Positions 7,530 through 17,787 of a stretch of 64,000 bases of DNA are shown here, piece by piece (positions within the stretch are counted from its first letter, which is position 1; every line of letters starts with the position of its first letter). Below the pieces are notes generated by a model. It was not told the DNA's origin. It made no database searches and saw only the letters and a list, made by a program, of their open reading frames with translations. The position numbers were made by a program, and so were the translations under genes. This stretch comes from Candidatus Saccharicenans subterraneus. GTDB lineage: Bacteria > Acidobacteriota > Aminicenantia > Aminicenantales > Saccharicenantaceae. Location: positions 43,276-107,275 of the forward strand of contig QUAH01000007.1 of NCBI GenBank assembly GCA_003426165.1, in the 5' to 3' direction.

Positions 7530-10256
7530 ATGGCAAAAAAAGAAGTGATCCTGTCAACGGCAGTGGTTTTAATCCTGTTTATTCTTTTGAGCTTGTCTGG
7601 TTTAAGGGCTGCCACCGGAAACAAGCCACCGGCAAAATCCGCCGATATCGATAAGGAAGCCCTGAAAAAGGCCCAGGAACAGAAGGTGGTCAGAGCCATA
7701 CGGCTGAAGGAGCCTATCAGACTTGACGGCCTGCTGGAAGAAGAGGTCTGGAAGAAAAATGAACCGGTCAGCGATTTTATTCAGCGCGACCCGGTCGACG
7801 GGGCCCCGGCTACGGAGAAGACCGAAGCCTGGGTGGCCTATGACGAAGCCAATCTCTATGTCGCCGCTTACTGTCACGACTCGGACCCGAAAGGGATAGT
7901 TGGCCTGCTTGGCCGCCGCGATTCCTTCGTGGAGTCGGACTGGTTTTTCTTTGCGGTGGATCCGTATTTTGACCGGCGCAGCGGGTTCCTGTTCGGCGTT
8001 AATCCTTCCGGGTCCATTGTGGATGAAGTCCTTTTCAACGATATCAGCGAGGATGAAACCTGGGACGGAATCTGGGAGGCAAAAGTGGCCCGGGTGGCTG
8101 ATGGCTGGACCCTGGAAATGAAAATTCCCTTCAACCAGCTCCGTTTCCCGCGGAAAGAGACTTATACCTGGGGTGTTAATTTCAAGCGCACCATCAAACG
8201 CAAGCAGGAAAGGGTGTCCTTTGCCTGGGTACCGAAAGAAGATAGTGCCCATGTCTCCCGCTTTGCCAGGCTGGAGGGAATCGAGAGTATCAACCCGGGC
8301 CGGCGGGTGGAGCTCTATCCCTATTCGGTGGGACAGGCCCAGTTTCGCCCGGCTGAACCTGGCAATCCTTTCGAGACCGGACACAAATACCTGGGCAATG
8401 CCGGCTTTGACCTGAAGGTCGGGCTGAAGAGCAACCTCAACCTTGATGTCAGCATTAACCCTGATTTCGGTCAGGTAGAAGTTGACCCGGCGGTCATCAA
8501 CCTGAGCGCCTACGAGACCTATTACCAGGAAAAGAGGCCGTTCTTCATCGAGGGGGCATCGATGTTCAACCATTTCGGCCGGGGTGGCGTTTATGTGAAC
8601 GCCAACATCAACTGGCCGAACCCGAGATTCTTTTACAGCCGGAGAATAGGACGGGCACCCCAGGGGTACCCGGTTCATGAGGGCTACTCAAATTTCCCGG
8701 ACAGGACCACCATCCTGGGAGCTTTCAAGCTGACCGGGAAAATTGGTTCGGGCTGGAACGTCGGCCTTATCAGCGCGGTCACGGCCCGGGAATTCGCCAC
8801 GGTCGATGACCTCGAAGAGCAGTACAAAGACGAGGTTGAACCGCTTTCCTATTACGGTGTCCTGCGGGCTCAGAAAGAGATCAAGGATGGTCAGCACGGG
8901 ATTGGCTTCATGGCCACGGCTGTGGTCAGGGACCTGGACAGTGAAATCCTAGCCGCCATTCTCAACAGGCGGGCTTTCAGCCTGGCCATGGATGGCTGGT
9001 CTTTCCTGGATAAGAAGAGGACCTGGGTGGTCGGCGGCTGGCTGGGCGGAACGTTCATCCAGGGTAGCCAGGAAGATATTTACCGCCTGCAACAGTCGTC
9101 AATGCACTATTTCCAGAGACCGGATGCCACGCATGTCAGCCTCAACCCGGAGGCCACCAGCCTGAACGGCTGGGCCGGGCAGTTCAAGCTGGCCAAGCAG
9201 CAGGGCCATCACCTGTTCCTGCTGTCGGCCGGCGCCCTGTCTCCGGGATTTGACCCCAACGATGTTGGCTTCCAGAGTTCAGGCTCGGATGTGGTGGATA
9301 TCATGGGGCTCTATGGATACCAGTGGACCAGGCCGGGAAAGATCTTTCGGGAGTGGACCGCTATTATGGGCGGGTCGGTCCAGTATGATTTCGGCGGCAA
9401 TCGCACCTTCAATTGCCTGGCGACCAGTTTTCAGGGCGTGCTGAAAAACTGGTGGAATTTCGAGTATACATTTATCTACGTGCCCGAGGCTCTGAGCAAC
9501 CGCCTGACGCGGGGCGGACCGCTGGCCCTTTCACCTTATGGAGTGATGAACCAGCTGTTTGTAAATAGCGATTCCAGGCAACCGGTGGTTTTGCAGGGAA
9601 GCATATCCTACCAGTGGGCTCACAACGATTCCAGGGAATGGATGGCCGATTTTTCGGTGCGCTGGAAGCCAAGGACCAATTTGAGCCTGTCGGTCGGGCC
9701 GATGGTTAGCTTTTCCAGGAACGAAACCCAGTGGGTGAGGAAAGTGACGGATGCGCTGATGACCGAGACTTTCGGTGCGCGCTACATTTTCGGGCGGATC
9801 GACCAGAGGATTGTGGCCAGCGAAATCAGGATCAACTGGATTTTTACGCCGACGCTCAGCCTCCAGGCTTATTTGCAGCCATTCATTGCTGTGGGCAAGT
9901 ACGACCGGTTCAAGCAGCTCAACCGGCCCAGGGCCTATGATTACCTGGTGTTCGGGGAGGGCGGTTCGACCATCAGCGAGGAGGACGGTCGATACCTGGT
10001 CGACCCGGACGGGGACGGGCCGGCAGCTTCATTCTATATCTATAACCCGGATTTCAACTATAAATCGATGCGGGGCACGGTGGTGCTGAGGTGGGAATAC
10101 CGGCCGGGGTCGCTGCTGTACCTGGTCTGGACTCAGAACCGGGCAGATTTCAGCTACCCGGGGCAGCTGTCGCTGTGGCGAGACCTGGGCAACCTGTTTA
10201 CCGCCCCCGGCGACAACATCTTCCTGGTGAAATTTTCCTACCGCTTCAACCTCTAA
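7530..10256 (+). CDS. CBM9-like/DUF5916 family outer-membrane protein
   Basis: Signal peptide; N-terminal LDGLLEEEVW...PATEKTEAWVAYDEANLYVA...WTLEMKIPFNQLRF; INPDFGQVEVD...EKRPFFIEG...FYSRRIG; C-terminus FLVKFSYRFNL. Start placed at MAKK (7530); the ORF track starts at 7509. Confidence 0.8.
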   Translation: MAKKEVILSTAVVLILFILLSLSGLRAATGNKPPAKSADIDKEALKKAQEQKVVRAIRLKEPIRLDGLLEEEVWKKNEPVSDFIQRDPVDGAPATEKTEAWVAYDEANLYVAAYCHDSDPKGIVGLLGRRDSFVESDWFFFAVDPYFDRRSGFLFGVNPSGSIVDEVLFNDISEDETWDGIWEAKVARVADGWTLEMKIPFNQLRFPRKETYTWGVNFKRTIKRKQERVSFAWVPKEDSAHVSRFARLEGIESINPGRRVELYPYSVGQAQFRPAEPGNPFETGHKYLGNAGFDLKVGLKSNLNLDVSINPDFGQVEVDPAVINLSAYETYYQEKRPFFIEGASMFNHFGRGGVYVNANINWPNPRFFYSRRIGRAPQGYPVHEGYSNFPDRTTILGAFKLTGKIGSGWNVGLISAVTAREFATVDDLEEQYKDEVEPLSYYGVLRAQKEIKDGQHGIGFMATAVVRDLDSEILAAILNRRAFSLAMDGWSFLDKKRTWVVGGWLGGTFIQGSQEDIYRLQQSSMHYFQRPDATHVSLNPEATSLNGWAGQFKLAKQQGHHLFLLSAGALSPGFDPNDVGFQSSGSDVVDIMGLYGYQWTRPGKIFREWTAIMGGSVQYDFGGNRTFNCLATSFQGVLKNWWNFEYTFIYVPEALSNRLTRGGPLALSPYGVMNQLFVNSDSRQPVVLQGSISYQWAHNDSREWMADFSVRWKPRTNLSLSVGPMVSFSRNETQWVRKVTDALMTETFGARYIFGRIDQRIVASEIRINWIFTPTLSLQAYLQPFIAVGKYDRFKQLNRPRAYDYLVFGEGGSTISEEDGRYLVDPDGDGPAASFYIYNPDFNYKSMRGTVVLRWEYRPGSLLYLVWTQNRADFSYPGQLSLWRDLGNLFTAPGDNIFLVKFSYRFNL

Positions 10257-10355
10257 AAGAGGGGACACTTGCAAGTGTCCCCTCTTTCGTCCTTTTTTAT
10301 GCACTTTTCCCCTTAGAATTCTGTCCTGAATCCGGGGACACCTGCAGCTGTCCCC
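10256..10355. repeat. REP-like doublet at the RAYT left flank
   Basis: AAAGA-GGGGACAC-TTGCAA-GTGTCCCC-TCTTT (32-bp perfect palindrome, 10256-10287) and GGGGACAC-CTGCAG-CTGTCCCC (10334-10355). Confidence 0.9.
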
Positions 10356-10414
10356 AAAAGAAAATTCTATGACTTTGATAAATAAAACAAGTTTCTTGCG
10401 TCTTATTATGTGTT

Positions 10415-11107
10415 ATGCCAAGGATAAAAAGGATAATATTTCCAAACGCCCCACATCATATTATCCAGCGCGGGAATAGGAATCAAAATGTTTTTTTCAC
10501 GGATGATGACAAACAACTCTATCTAGAAATCTTGAACCATAAATCCCGTCTTGAAAGAGTAAAGATCTGGTGTTATTGCCTTATGGATAATCATGTTCAT
10601 ATGATCGCCGTTCCTGAAGATGCTGCGAGTCTGAGAAGGGCTATTTCTGAAACCCATAAAAAATATACCCTTCTTATCAACATCAGGAACAATTGGAAGG
10701 GGCATCTCTGGCAGGGACGTTTTATTTCCTATCCAATGGATGAAACATATCTTTACCGGTGCATGCGATATATCGAACGCAATCCGGTTAGGGCTGGACT
10801 TGTTAATCGTGCTGAAGATTATAAGTGGTCAAGTGCCAGAGCTCATGCATTAAATATTAATGATGGTCTGTTGAGTCCGATACCTCTGGCCTATAGTGTG
10901 GAAGACTGGAAGAGTTATTTAAGCGAAACGGAATGCGAGCATGACCTGAAAACCTTTCGACAGAGTAACGGGAGCGGAGTGCCGCTGGGAAGCGAGACTT
11001 TTATAAAAAGACTTGAAGCAGAACTTGGAATAAACTTGAACTGGCGAGATCAAAAGCGGGGAAAAGAAGAGGACACTGTAGATCCCCAATCTGGCTATCT
11101 GCTTTAG
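10415..11107 (+). mobile_element. REP-associated tyrosine transposase (RAYT; Y1_Tnp, IS200/IS605-superfamily HUH nuclease)
   Basis: MPRIKR...HHIIQRGNRNQNVF, YCLMDNHVH (HUH), HLWQGRF, YIERNPVRAGLV...YKWSS. Visibly more AT-rich than its neighbours; REP doublets on both sides; no tnpB. Confidence 0.9.
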
Positions 11108-11160
11108 AACGGGAATGGAATGAAGATCAGCAGAAAAGAAGAAAAAAAAAAAGGAAAAAC

Positions 11161-11261
11161 GGGGACACCTGCAAGTGTCCCCATATACAGGCATAGGTTT
11201 TAAGGCAGAGAAAACAACCAAAAAGGTAAAAAGAGGGGACACTTGCAGGTGTCCCCTCTTT
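11161..11261. repeat. REP-like doublet at the RAYT right flank
   Basis: GGGGACAC-CTGCAA-GTGTCCCC (11161-11182) and AAAGA-GGGGACAC-TTGCAG-GTGTCCCC-TCTTT (11230-11261). Confidence 0.9.
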
Positions 11262-11269
11262 ATTTGTTG

Positions 11270-13126
11270 TTATTTGTCGGAGAAGGCGAAGACGCTGAGG
11301 TAACCCAGCCTGATCACCCGGCTGAGCAGCTCGCCCGAGGCCTTGTCCGGGCTATCACCGGTCAGGTGATAGTCGGGATGCATGGCCGTCATGTAATAAA
11401 CATACGGTTTCTTGACCGCGGCAAACGAGGAGTGGTCCGAACCACCGCCGCCCTGGCCCAGCTCCGGCTCCCTGATGAACAGGTCCAGCCCGACGTACTT
11501 ATTCATCTCCTGCTGGATCTCGTAGAAGCCTGAATCTTTGGTGGCGTTGACTGTAACGAAATAAGCCGGCCGGATCTGCTTGACCAGGTCTTCCACCCCC
11601 TGCACTTTGAACATATTGGCATAGCGGGCGAACGTCTGTTCGTCGAAGGCCCGGCTGATCATATCGTAATTCAGGTAGCCGACCGTCTTTTCCATGGGGA
11701 AGGTCGGGTTCTGCACATAGTACCTGCTTCCCAGCAAACCCTTTTCCTCGCCCGTCCACAGGCAGAAGACGATACTCCTCTTCGGCTTGACGGGATTGAG
11801 GGCCATGGCCCTGGCAATGGCGATCACTCCGACCGATCCCGAGGCGTTATCATCCGACCCATTAAAAATATAATCTTCCCACGCGCCCAGGTGGTCAAAA
11901 TGCGCCCCGAGCACGAAGTATTCGTCCTTGAGCTTCGGGTCCGAGCCCTCGATGTACCCGATGACATTCATGGCCCTGACCAGGTTGGCCTTCACCGTGG
12001 AATTGAGGCTGACCCTGACTCCGGGCAGCTCACGGGAAGCAGGCTTGTAGGTGCTCTCTATGGCCTGCTTCAATTCGTCTATCGTCTTCCCGCTGTTTTC
12101 CAGGATGAGGTTGGCCATTTCCCTGGTTATGGTCAGGGTGGGCACGTTGCTTCCGCCCATCATGCCGGCCATCGTGTCGCGGCTACCAGGAATGACCATC
12201 CTGCTCCGGGGCCGGTTGATGATCGGCCTTTCGTCATTCGGGCGCCGGTTCTGGGCCGCCGTCAGCATGTTGTAAATGTCCGTATCTTTCCCGGTGTTCT
12301 GCACCACCAGCACCGCGGCCGGCGACTGCTTGTAAATCTCTTCCAGCTTGTTGAATCCCCGGCCGCCCCTTCTCATGAACATCATCTGCATGGCCTGGGC
12401 CTGAGGGAAATATTTTTCTTTGAGTTCCTTGGTCTTGTTGAACGGAGACTTAGGGTCGTCTTTGCCAGGAGCCTCGCTCAGCACCAGGACGATCTTGTCC
12501 TTCAGGTTCAGCCCCTTCAGCTCGTCCCAGCCCGCGGCCGGTTCTTTGATGCCATAGCCGGCAAAGACCACCGGGCCGCTCAGGTCTTCATCGGAAGACA
12601 GGGTGCTCATGAAATCGACGCCGCTTTCGAAGGTCCTGGCCTTGGTGAAACCAGCCCTGGTCACCTCGACCTTGACCGAAGCCCGGCTGTCGGTAATTTC
12701 CTTCAGGGTGAATTCCTGGAAGTAGCTGCGCTCCATGGACATGGCCTGCCTGGAACTCTGGCCGGCCATGGCCCTGGCAATATTGACATCGGCCCTGGGC
12801 AAATCACCTCCCGGCTTGACTCCCCACATCTTGAACAGGGAGACAACGTAATCCGCGGCCATGGCGTAACCGCGGCTGGCGGTATCCCTTCCCTCCATCC
12901 AGTCAGAGGCCAGATAGTTCAGCATGGACAGGGTATCCCGGGGAGTGATGGACTCGAAGCCCACCTTATACTTCTCGGGAACCGGTTCCGTCTTGGAAAC
13001 CAGGTTAAGGGCTCTCTTCACCTCTTCCGGCTTCATCTGCTGCTGGGGCGGCATCTGGGCCAGGGAAAAGGAAAAAGCCAGCAAGACCGCCGCTACCAGC
13101 AGGATGGGTAACAGTCGCTTTCTCAT
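11270..13126 (-). CDS. Secreted M28 family metallopeptidase with PA domain
   Basis: Signal peptide MRKRLLPILL (RBS GGAGG); GAHFDHLG, NGSDDNASGSVGV, TGEEKGLLGS, NYDMI, GGSDHSSF, HPDYHLTGD. Confidence 0.9.
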   Translation of the reverse strand: MRKRLLPILLVAAVLLAFSFSLAQMPPQQQMKPEEVKRALNLVSKTEPVPEKYKVGFESITPRDTLSMLNYLASDWMEGRDTASRGYAMAADYVVSLFKMWGVKPGGDLPRADVNIARAMAGQSSRQAMSMERSYFQEFTLKEITDSRASVKVEVTRAGFTKARTFESGVDFMSTLSSDEDLSGPVVFAGYGIKEPAAGWDELKGLNLKDKIVLVLSEAPGKDDPKSPFNKTKELKEKYFPQAQAMQMMFMRRGGRGFNKLEEIYKQSPAAVLVVQNTGKDTDIYNMLTAAQNRRPNDERPIINRPRSRMVIPGSRDTMAGMMGGSNVPTLTITREMANLILENSGKTIDELKQAIESTYKPASRELPGVRVSLNSTVKANLVRAMNVIGYIEGSDPKLKDEYFVLGAHFDHLGAWEDYIFNGSDDNASGSVGVIAIARAMALNPVKPKRSIVFCLWTGEEKGLLGSRYYVQNPTFPMEKTVGYLNYDMISRAFDEQTFARYANMFKVQGVEDLVKQIRPAYFVTVNATKDSGFYEIQQEMNKYVGLDLFIREPELGQGGGGSDHSSFAAVKKPYVYYMTAMHPDYHLTGDSPDKASGELLSRVIRLGYLSVFAFSDK

Positions 13127-13725
13127 GTAAACCTCCATTGATTTATAAAGGGTGAATTTTGGGACTCGGGGGAGAGAAACAATAGAAGAAATATAAAAAA
13201 ATCCACATCACAACTTTTGACGCAACTTGTCATTATTTCTTCCATTATACACCCCATAAATTCTAATGATCAGGTCGGATTCTTTCTCCCATTTCCTCAC
13301 TATCTGAGCCGGCCACTATATAAATAAGATTCAGAAATGAAACCGTTAATATTGGTACCTGGTGGAGCAATCGAGGGCCCGTAGGTCTTGAATTGAAACA
13401 TAGACTTCCATAGCTTCTGATCCTGCCGCTGGCCAGCCCGGAATTATTGGCCCGGCCAGCTTGAGATTCCATGGCAGGACCTGAGTTCCGTTTTCCGGCT
13501 GCCCCGCTTCTGTCACATTGAGGAAAAAATCTGCCTCTTGCTCCCGGTTTTGATCCGGGTCCGTCTCCATATCTTAGAATGGGCCTCTTTAGGTCAGCCG
13601 AAGAATCGAAATGGAGGCTGCTTGGCCGAAATTTATTTATCAGTCTTATCGGATCTAGCCCTGCTCTTAATTCAAAATCTTCTTGTTCCCGGCTCTCGGT
13701 CAGTTTCAGCAGGGGAAGGGCCGCT

Positions 13726-16700
13726 TCAGCAGGCGAAGGTTAACCTGAACTCGGTTCCACCGCTCTTGCCCCTGACCAGTTCCAGCCTGCCGTCTATCTG
13801 GTCCACCAGGGTATTAATCATGACCAGCCCCAGGGATTCTGCTTTTTGGAAATCCATGCCCCGTGGCAAACCCACCCCGTCGTCCTTGACCACCAGCTCG
13901 GCCCGCTTTTCTCCCTTCTTCCTCAATTTGATCCATAGGTTTCCTTTGCGTCCCGAGGGGAAGGCATGTTTGAAGGCATTGGTAATGAGCTCGTTCATTA
14001 TCAGGCCCAGCGGCACAGCCGTGTTGATATCCAGGTTGACCGGTTGAATGTCGACGTGCAGCTTGACCTGTTCTGGTTTGACCTGCTGGTCGAGAAAAAT
14101 ATTCCTGGCCATGTTGTTGAGGTAGTCGGAAAAATCGATGCTGGTCAGGTCTTTAGCCCGGTAAAGACGTTCATGGACCATGGCCATGGACCTGATGCGG
14201 TACTGGCATTCCTTGAAGGCGGCCTTGGCCCTGGGGTCATCGAGCAGGGCGGATTGCAGGTTCAGGATGCTGCTGATTACCTGCATGTTGTTTTTAACCC
14301 GGTGGTGGATTTCCCTGATCAGGATTTCTTTTTCCCGGAGTGATTGTTTCAGGGCTTCCTCGGCCTGTTTCCTTTCGGTGATATCCCTGGCGATACCCTC
14401 GATGGCCACCAGGTTGCCGGATTCATCGTAGATGGGAACGTTGATCTGCTCCGTCCAGATTATCGAGCCATCCTTTTTCCTCCAGCGCAGGACCACGGGC
14501 CTGGAGGTCTTGCCAGCGGCAACGCTTTCCAGGAGGGACCTGTCTTCCTCTAGGACCAGCTTGAATCCCAGGTCCGGGTCGGCGCAGTGTTCTTCAGGGG
14601 TGTAACCGGTTATTGGAGTGGCCGCCGGGCTCACATACTCAAAGCCCCGTTCGGGCACAAACCGGTACCTGTAAATAAGGTCCCTGGCGTTCTCGGCCAG
14701 CCGCCTGAACCTGGCCTCGCTTTCCCTCAAGGCCTGTTCCATTTTCTTGCGGCGGTCGATATCCCGGACTATGGCCTGGATTAGTTGTTTTCCACCAATT
14801 TCTATTAAGTTCAGGCTGACTTCGGCATAGAAAGGTGTGCCGTCGCAACGGCAGTGGAGCCATTCAAAGAACTGGGGTTTTCCCTTAAGCGCCTGCTCGA
14901 TTTTTTCCAGGGCCTTTTCCGTGGAATCACGCCCGTCGGGTTGTTTTTCCGGGGAAAAATTGTACGGAGGCTGGCCGATTATGTTATGGCGCGAACAGCC
15001 GAAAATTTCTTCTGTTTTTGGGTTACAGTCTATGAAAATATCCCTGTCCATAAGGAAGATAGCGTCATTGGCTGCCTCGAATAGCGCCCGGTACCTGGCC
15101 TCGCTTTCTTTCAGGGCCTGCTCGGCCTGTTTTCGGGCTGTAATTTCAGAGGTAACCTCAATCATGCCGACGATTCTTCCGGCCTCGTCTTTCATGGGAT
15201 AACCGCTGATATCCCACCAGCGGCCGTCCGGTGACTGGACCTCCTTTTTATCCGGTTCGCCTGTTTCCCGGGCCTGAGCCACCGGGCAGATTTCACAGGG
15301 CTCGTGTCTTTGATGCCAGAGTTCATAACACTTATGTCCGACCAGTTCTTCGGGCTTCATTCCGAGGGATTCAGCAGCCGCGCGGTTAGCCCAGACGATG
15401 GTATGGTCCGGGGCCTGGTACAGGATATGTTCGGAAATGGTGGCAAAAATGGCCGATTTTTCCCGCTCGCTCCTGACCAGTTCTTCTTCGGCCCTTTTCT
15501 TCTCGGTTATGTCAGAAATGAAACCCTCAAGGCAGACCAGGTTGCCCGACCGGTCAAAAACGCCAGAGCCCCTCTCCCAGACCCATCTTATGCGGCCGTC
15601 CGCGGTCCTGATCTGGTACTCGTCCTCGAACACTCCTCTTTGGGCCAGGACCCTCTGCCATTTTTTCCACAGGTATTCTCTGTGCTCCGGCACAATCAAC
15701 TGGCTGAAGGAAATTTTTCTGTTATTGATCAGCTCTTCCGGTTCGTAGCCCGTGATTTCCTGGCAGGTCCCGGCTATGTATTCCATCGTCCACTGGCGGT
15801 CGTTCTGACAACGGTAGACCATGCCCGGCAGGCTGGCCATCAGGTTTTCCAGGAAGCGGTTCTTTTCCCTGAGCTCTTCACGGGCCTTGAGAATCTGGTT
15901 CTGAGCCTCTCTCTCGGCTGTCTGGTCCCTGAAGACCAGGATGACACCGATATTCTCTCCTCCGGGATCTATGATGGGAGCACCGCTATCGGCCACCGGA
16001 AATTCACGGCCATCTTTTGAGATCAGGACGCTGTGGTTGGCCAGGCCAACTATAATGCCTTCTCGCAAGACCCGTTCCACCGGGTTTTCGGCCGGTTCCC
16101 TGGTAAATTCATTGATAATTTTGAAGACTTCCTGTACAGGCCGGCCCCTGGCCTCGCTCTCCTTCCAGCCGGTGAGTTTTTCTGCTACCGGGTTCATCAC
16201 CAGGATATTTCCCCTGGAATCCGTGGAAATCACACCATCACCAATACTATAAAGGGTGGCCCTGATTTCAGCTTCCCGGGCCAGCAGTTCCTGGATAAGT
16301 TCCACCCGGTCGGTGATATCAACCAGGGTGCCGATAATCGCTTTCCGGCCTCTAAAGACCGTGGTACTCCCGTGGGCCTCACAGTAGAAGAAGGACCCGT
16401 CTTTGCGTAACCCGCGGAATTCGAAACGAAGAGAGGAGACCTCACCGCTCAGGCGTCGGCGGTTATATTCCCGGACCATGGCCCTGTCTTCGGGGTGGGT
16501 CAGTTCCAGGTTGCCCAGTTTGCCGATAAGCTCCTCCTGCTTATAGCCGAACATATCGGCCAGGGCCCGGTTGACATACTTGAAAACCCCGTCCTGGACC
16601 AGGTAAACGCCGGCCATGGCCGAGTCGCTCAAGACCTGGAACATCTGCTCGGTTTCCCTGGCCCTGGCCTCGGCTTCGTACAGGCGCTGGAAATTCACCT

Positions 16701-17703
16701 TTTCGCGCCTTTGCCAGAAGAGCTCGGTCAGGGTTAACTGGACGATGATCAGTGATATCATGAACAGGATAATAAGGGTAGAGCGCTTGTACCAGCTGGA
16801 TAGCGCTTCTGCCTTGTCTATTTTGGATACGATGGACCAGCAGGTATTGGGTACAGGGGTCAGGTAGGACATCACTTTCTGTCCGCGGTAATCTACCCCC
16901 TCGAATTCGCCGTACTCACCCAGGACAGCCCTGACCGCCGGGATTTCCTTGCGGCTGAGGGGAAAGCGCAGTTGCAGGGCCGTTTCTTTGCGGTGCCGGA
17001 GCTCGTTTAGAAAAACTACTTCCTCGCCCTCCCTTTTTACCAGGGCGGTCTCGGCGGTGGCGGAGTGAAAAGGCCAGGTCTGTATCAGCGGGAACAGGAA
17101 GTCTTTAGCGTCCACGGTTAAGACCACAAAGGCTTCGGCCTGCTTTTTCTGGCTCCCAGGACGAAAGATTGGAGCAATAAAATCAATATGGATAATATTT
17201 TCGTCCGCGTGAGCATGAAGGTCAGAGTTGACCACAGTCCCGTACTGCTCGGCCCGTTTCAAGTCCTCCATCAGGATTTGTGTCAGCCTGGCCGGCGGTA
17301 TTCCGCCGTAACTGATGACGGGCTCCCTTTTTTTATTGAGAATCATTATCCTGGCGTAGCCGTAGGTTCGGGCGGCCAGAGCCAGACGGGCCTTGATCTT
17401 TTCCAAGCTTTCGGAGTCGGGTTTTTTGAGCACCTCCAGCAGGCCGGAGGAGAAAAACGGGCTCTCGGTCATGACCAGGGCATCGCCCTTTCTCTCATCC
17501 AGCCACTGCCTGATGTCAGCGGCTTTCATTTCGGCGATGGAAGACAACTGCTGGTAGGTGATTCTTTTAACTTCTTTTTCCTGGTTGTGCCGCAAAGATA
17601 GTCCGGCGACCAGTATGATGATGATCAGAAGAAAAGAAACAATGTACAGCGGGCTTTTCAGCCGTTTTTGCCATTTTGGCCAGAGAGTCTGAAAGCTTCT
17701 CAT
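13726..17703 (-). CDS. Membrane multi-PAS sensor histidine kinase (Cache-like, PAS/PAC x6, HisKA_2, HATPase)
   Basis: Two TM helices around a periplasmic domain; repeated PAS/PAC segments; [12 protein letters not shown]; [12 protein letters not shown]; DDGVGLP; SLGL. Confidence 0.9.
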   Translation of the reverse strand: MRSFQTLWPKWQKRLKSPLYIVSFLLIIIILVAGLSLRHNQEKEVKRITYQQLSSIAEMKAADIRQWLDERKGDALVMTESPFFSSGLLEVLKKPDSESLEKIKARLALAARTYGYARIMILNKKREPVISYGGIPPARLTQILMEDLKRAEQYGTVVNSDLHAHADENIIHIDFIAPIFRPGSQKKQAEAFVVLTVDAKDFLFPLIQTWPFHSATAETALVKREGEEVVFLNELRHRKETALQLRFPLSRKEIPAVRAVLGEYGEFEGVDYRGQKVMSYLTPVPNTCWSIVSKIDKAEALSSWYKRSTLIILFMISLIIVQLTLTELFWQRREKVNFQRLYEAEARARETEQMFQVLSDSAMAGVYLVQDGVFKYVNRALADMFGYKQEELIGKLGNLELTHPEDRAMVREYNRRRLSGEVSSLRFEFRGLRKDGSFFYCEAHGSTTVFRGRKAIIGTLVDITDRVELIQELLAREAEIRATLYSIGDGVISTDSRGNILVMNPVAEKLTGWKESEARGRPVQEVFKIINEFTREPAENPVERVLREGIIVGLANHSVLISKDGREFPVADSGAPIIDPGGENIGVILVFRDQTAEREAQNQILKAREELREKNRFLENLMASLPGMVYRCQNDRQWTMEYIAGTCQEITGYEPEELINNRKISFSQLIVPEHREYLWKKWQRVLAQRGVFEDEYQIRTADGRIRWVWERGSGVFDRSGNLVCLEGFISDITEKKRAEEELVRSEREKSAIFATISEHILYQAPDHTIVWANRAAAESLGMKPEELVGHKCYELWHQRHEPCEICPVAQARETGEPDKKEVQSPDGRWWDISGYPMKDEAGRIVGMIEVTSEITARKQAEQALKESEARYRALFEAANDAIFLMDRDIFIDCNPKTEEIFGCSRHNIIGQPPYNFSPEKQPDGRDSTEKALEKIEQALKGKPQFFEWLHCRCDGTPFYAEVSLNLIEIGGKQLIQAIVRDIDRRKKMEQALRESEARFRRLAENARDLIYRYRFVPERGFEYVSPAATPITGYTPEEHCADPDLGFKLVLEEDRSLLESVAAGKTSRPVVLRWRKKDGSIIWTEQINVPIYDESGNLVAIEGIARDITERKQAEEALKQSLREKEILIREIHHRVKNNMQVISSILNLQSALLDDPRAKAAFKECQYRIRSMAMVHERLYRAKDLTSIDFSDYLNNMARNIFLDQQVKPEQVKLHVDIQPVNLDINTAVPLGLIMNELITNAFKHAFPSGRKGNLWIKLRKKGEKRAELVVKDDGVGLPRGMDFQKAESLGLVMINTLVDQIDGRLELVRGKSGGTEFRLTFAC

Positions 17704-17787
17704 TTTGGCCTCACCCCATTTAGTCGGAGTCCTGGAGGCCCGGCTCGGACTTCGGCCGGAAGATCTTCCTCAGTCCGGGATCGGGCC

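Noticed and set aside
7602-8678. 358-aa minus-strand ORF
   Set aside because: Lies wholly opposite the DUF5916 gene and has no motifs; long shadow ORFs are expected at this GC content.
10415-11107. Autonomous IS200/IS605 element
   Set aside because: The protein is longer than IS200 TnpA, has RAYT-type QRGN and NPVRAG motifs, has no tnpB, and is flanked by multicopy REP doublets rather than single LE/RE ends.
1072-11256. GGGGACAC palindromes as a CRISPR array
   Set aside because: They are dispersed between genes in twos and threes, spacers are 50-60 bp and partly homologous, there are no cas genes, and a RAYT explains them better.
11891-13111. 406-aa plus-strand ORF
   Set aside because: Antisense to the M28 peptidase with typical shadow composition. 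The same applies to most other overlapping ORFs in the track.
13346-13570. 74-aa small protein downstream of the histidine kinase
   Set aside because: No clear RBS, motif or compositional support; left unannotated.
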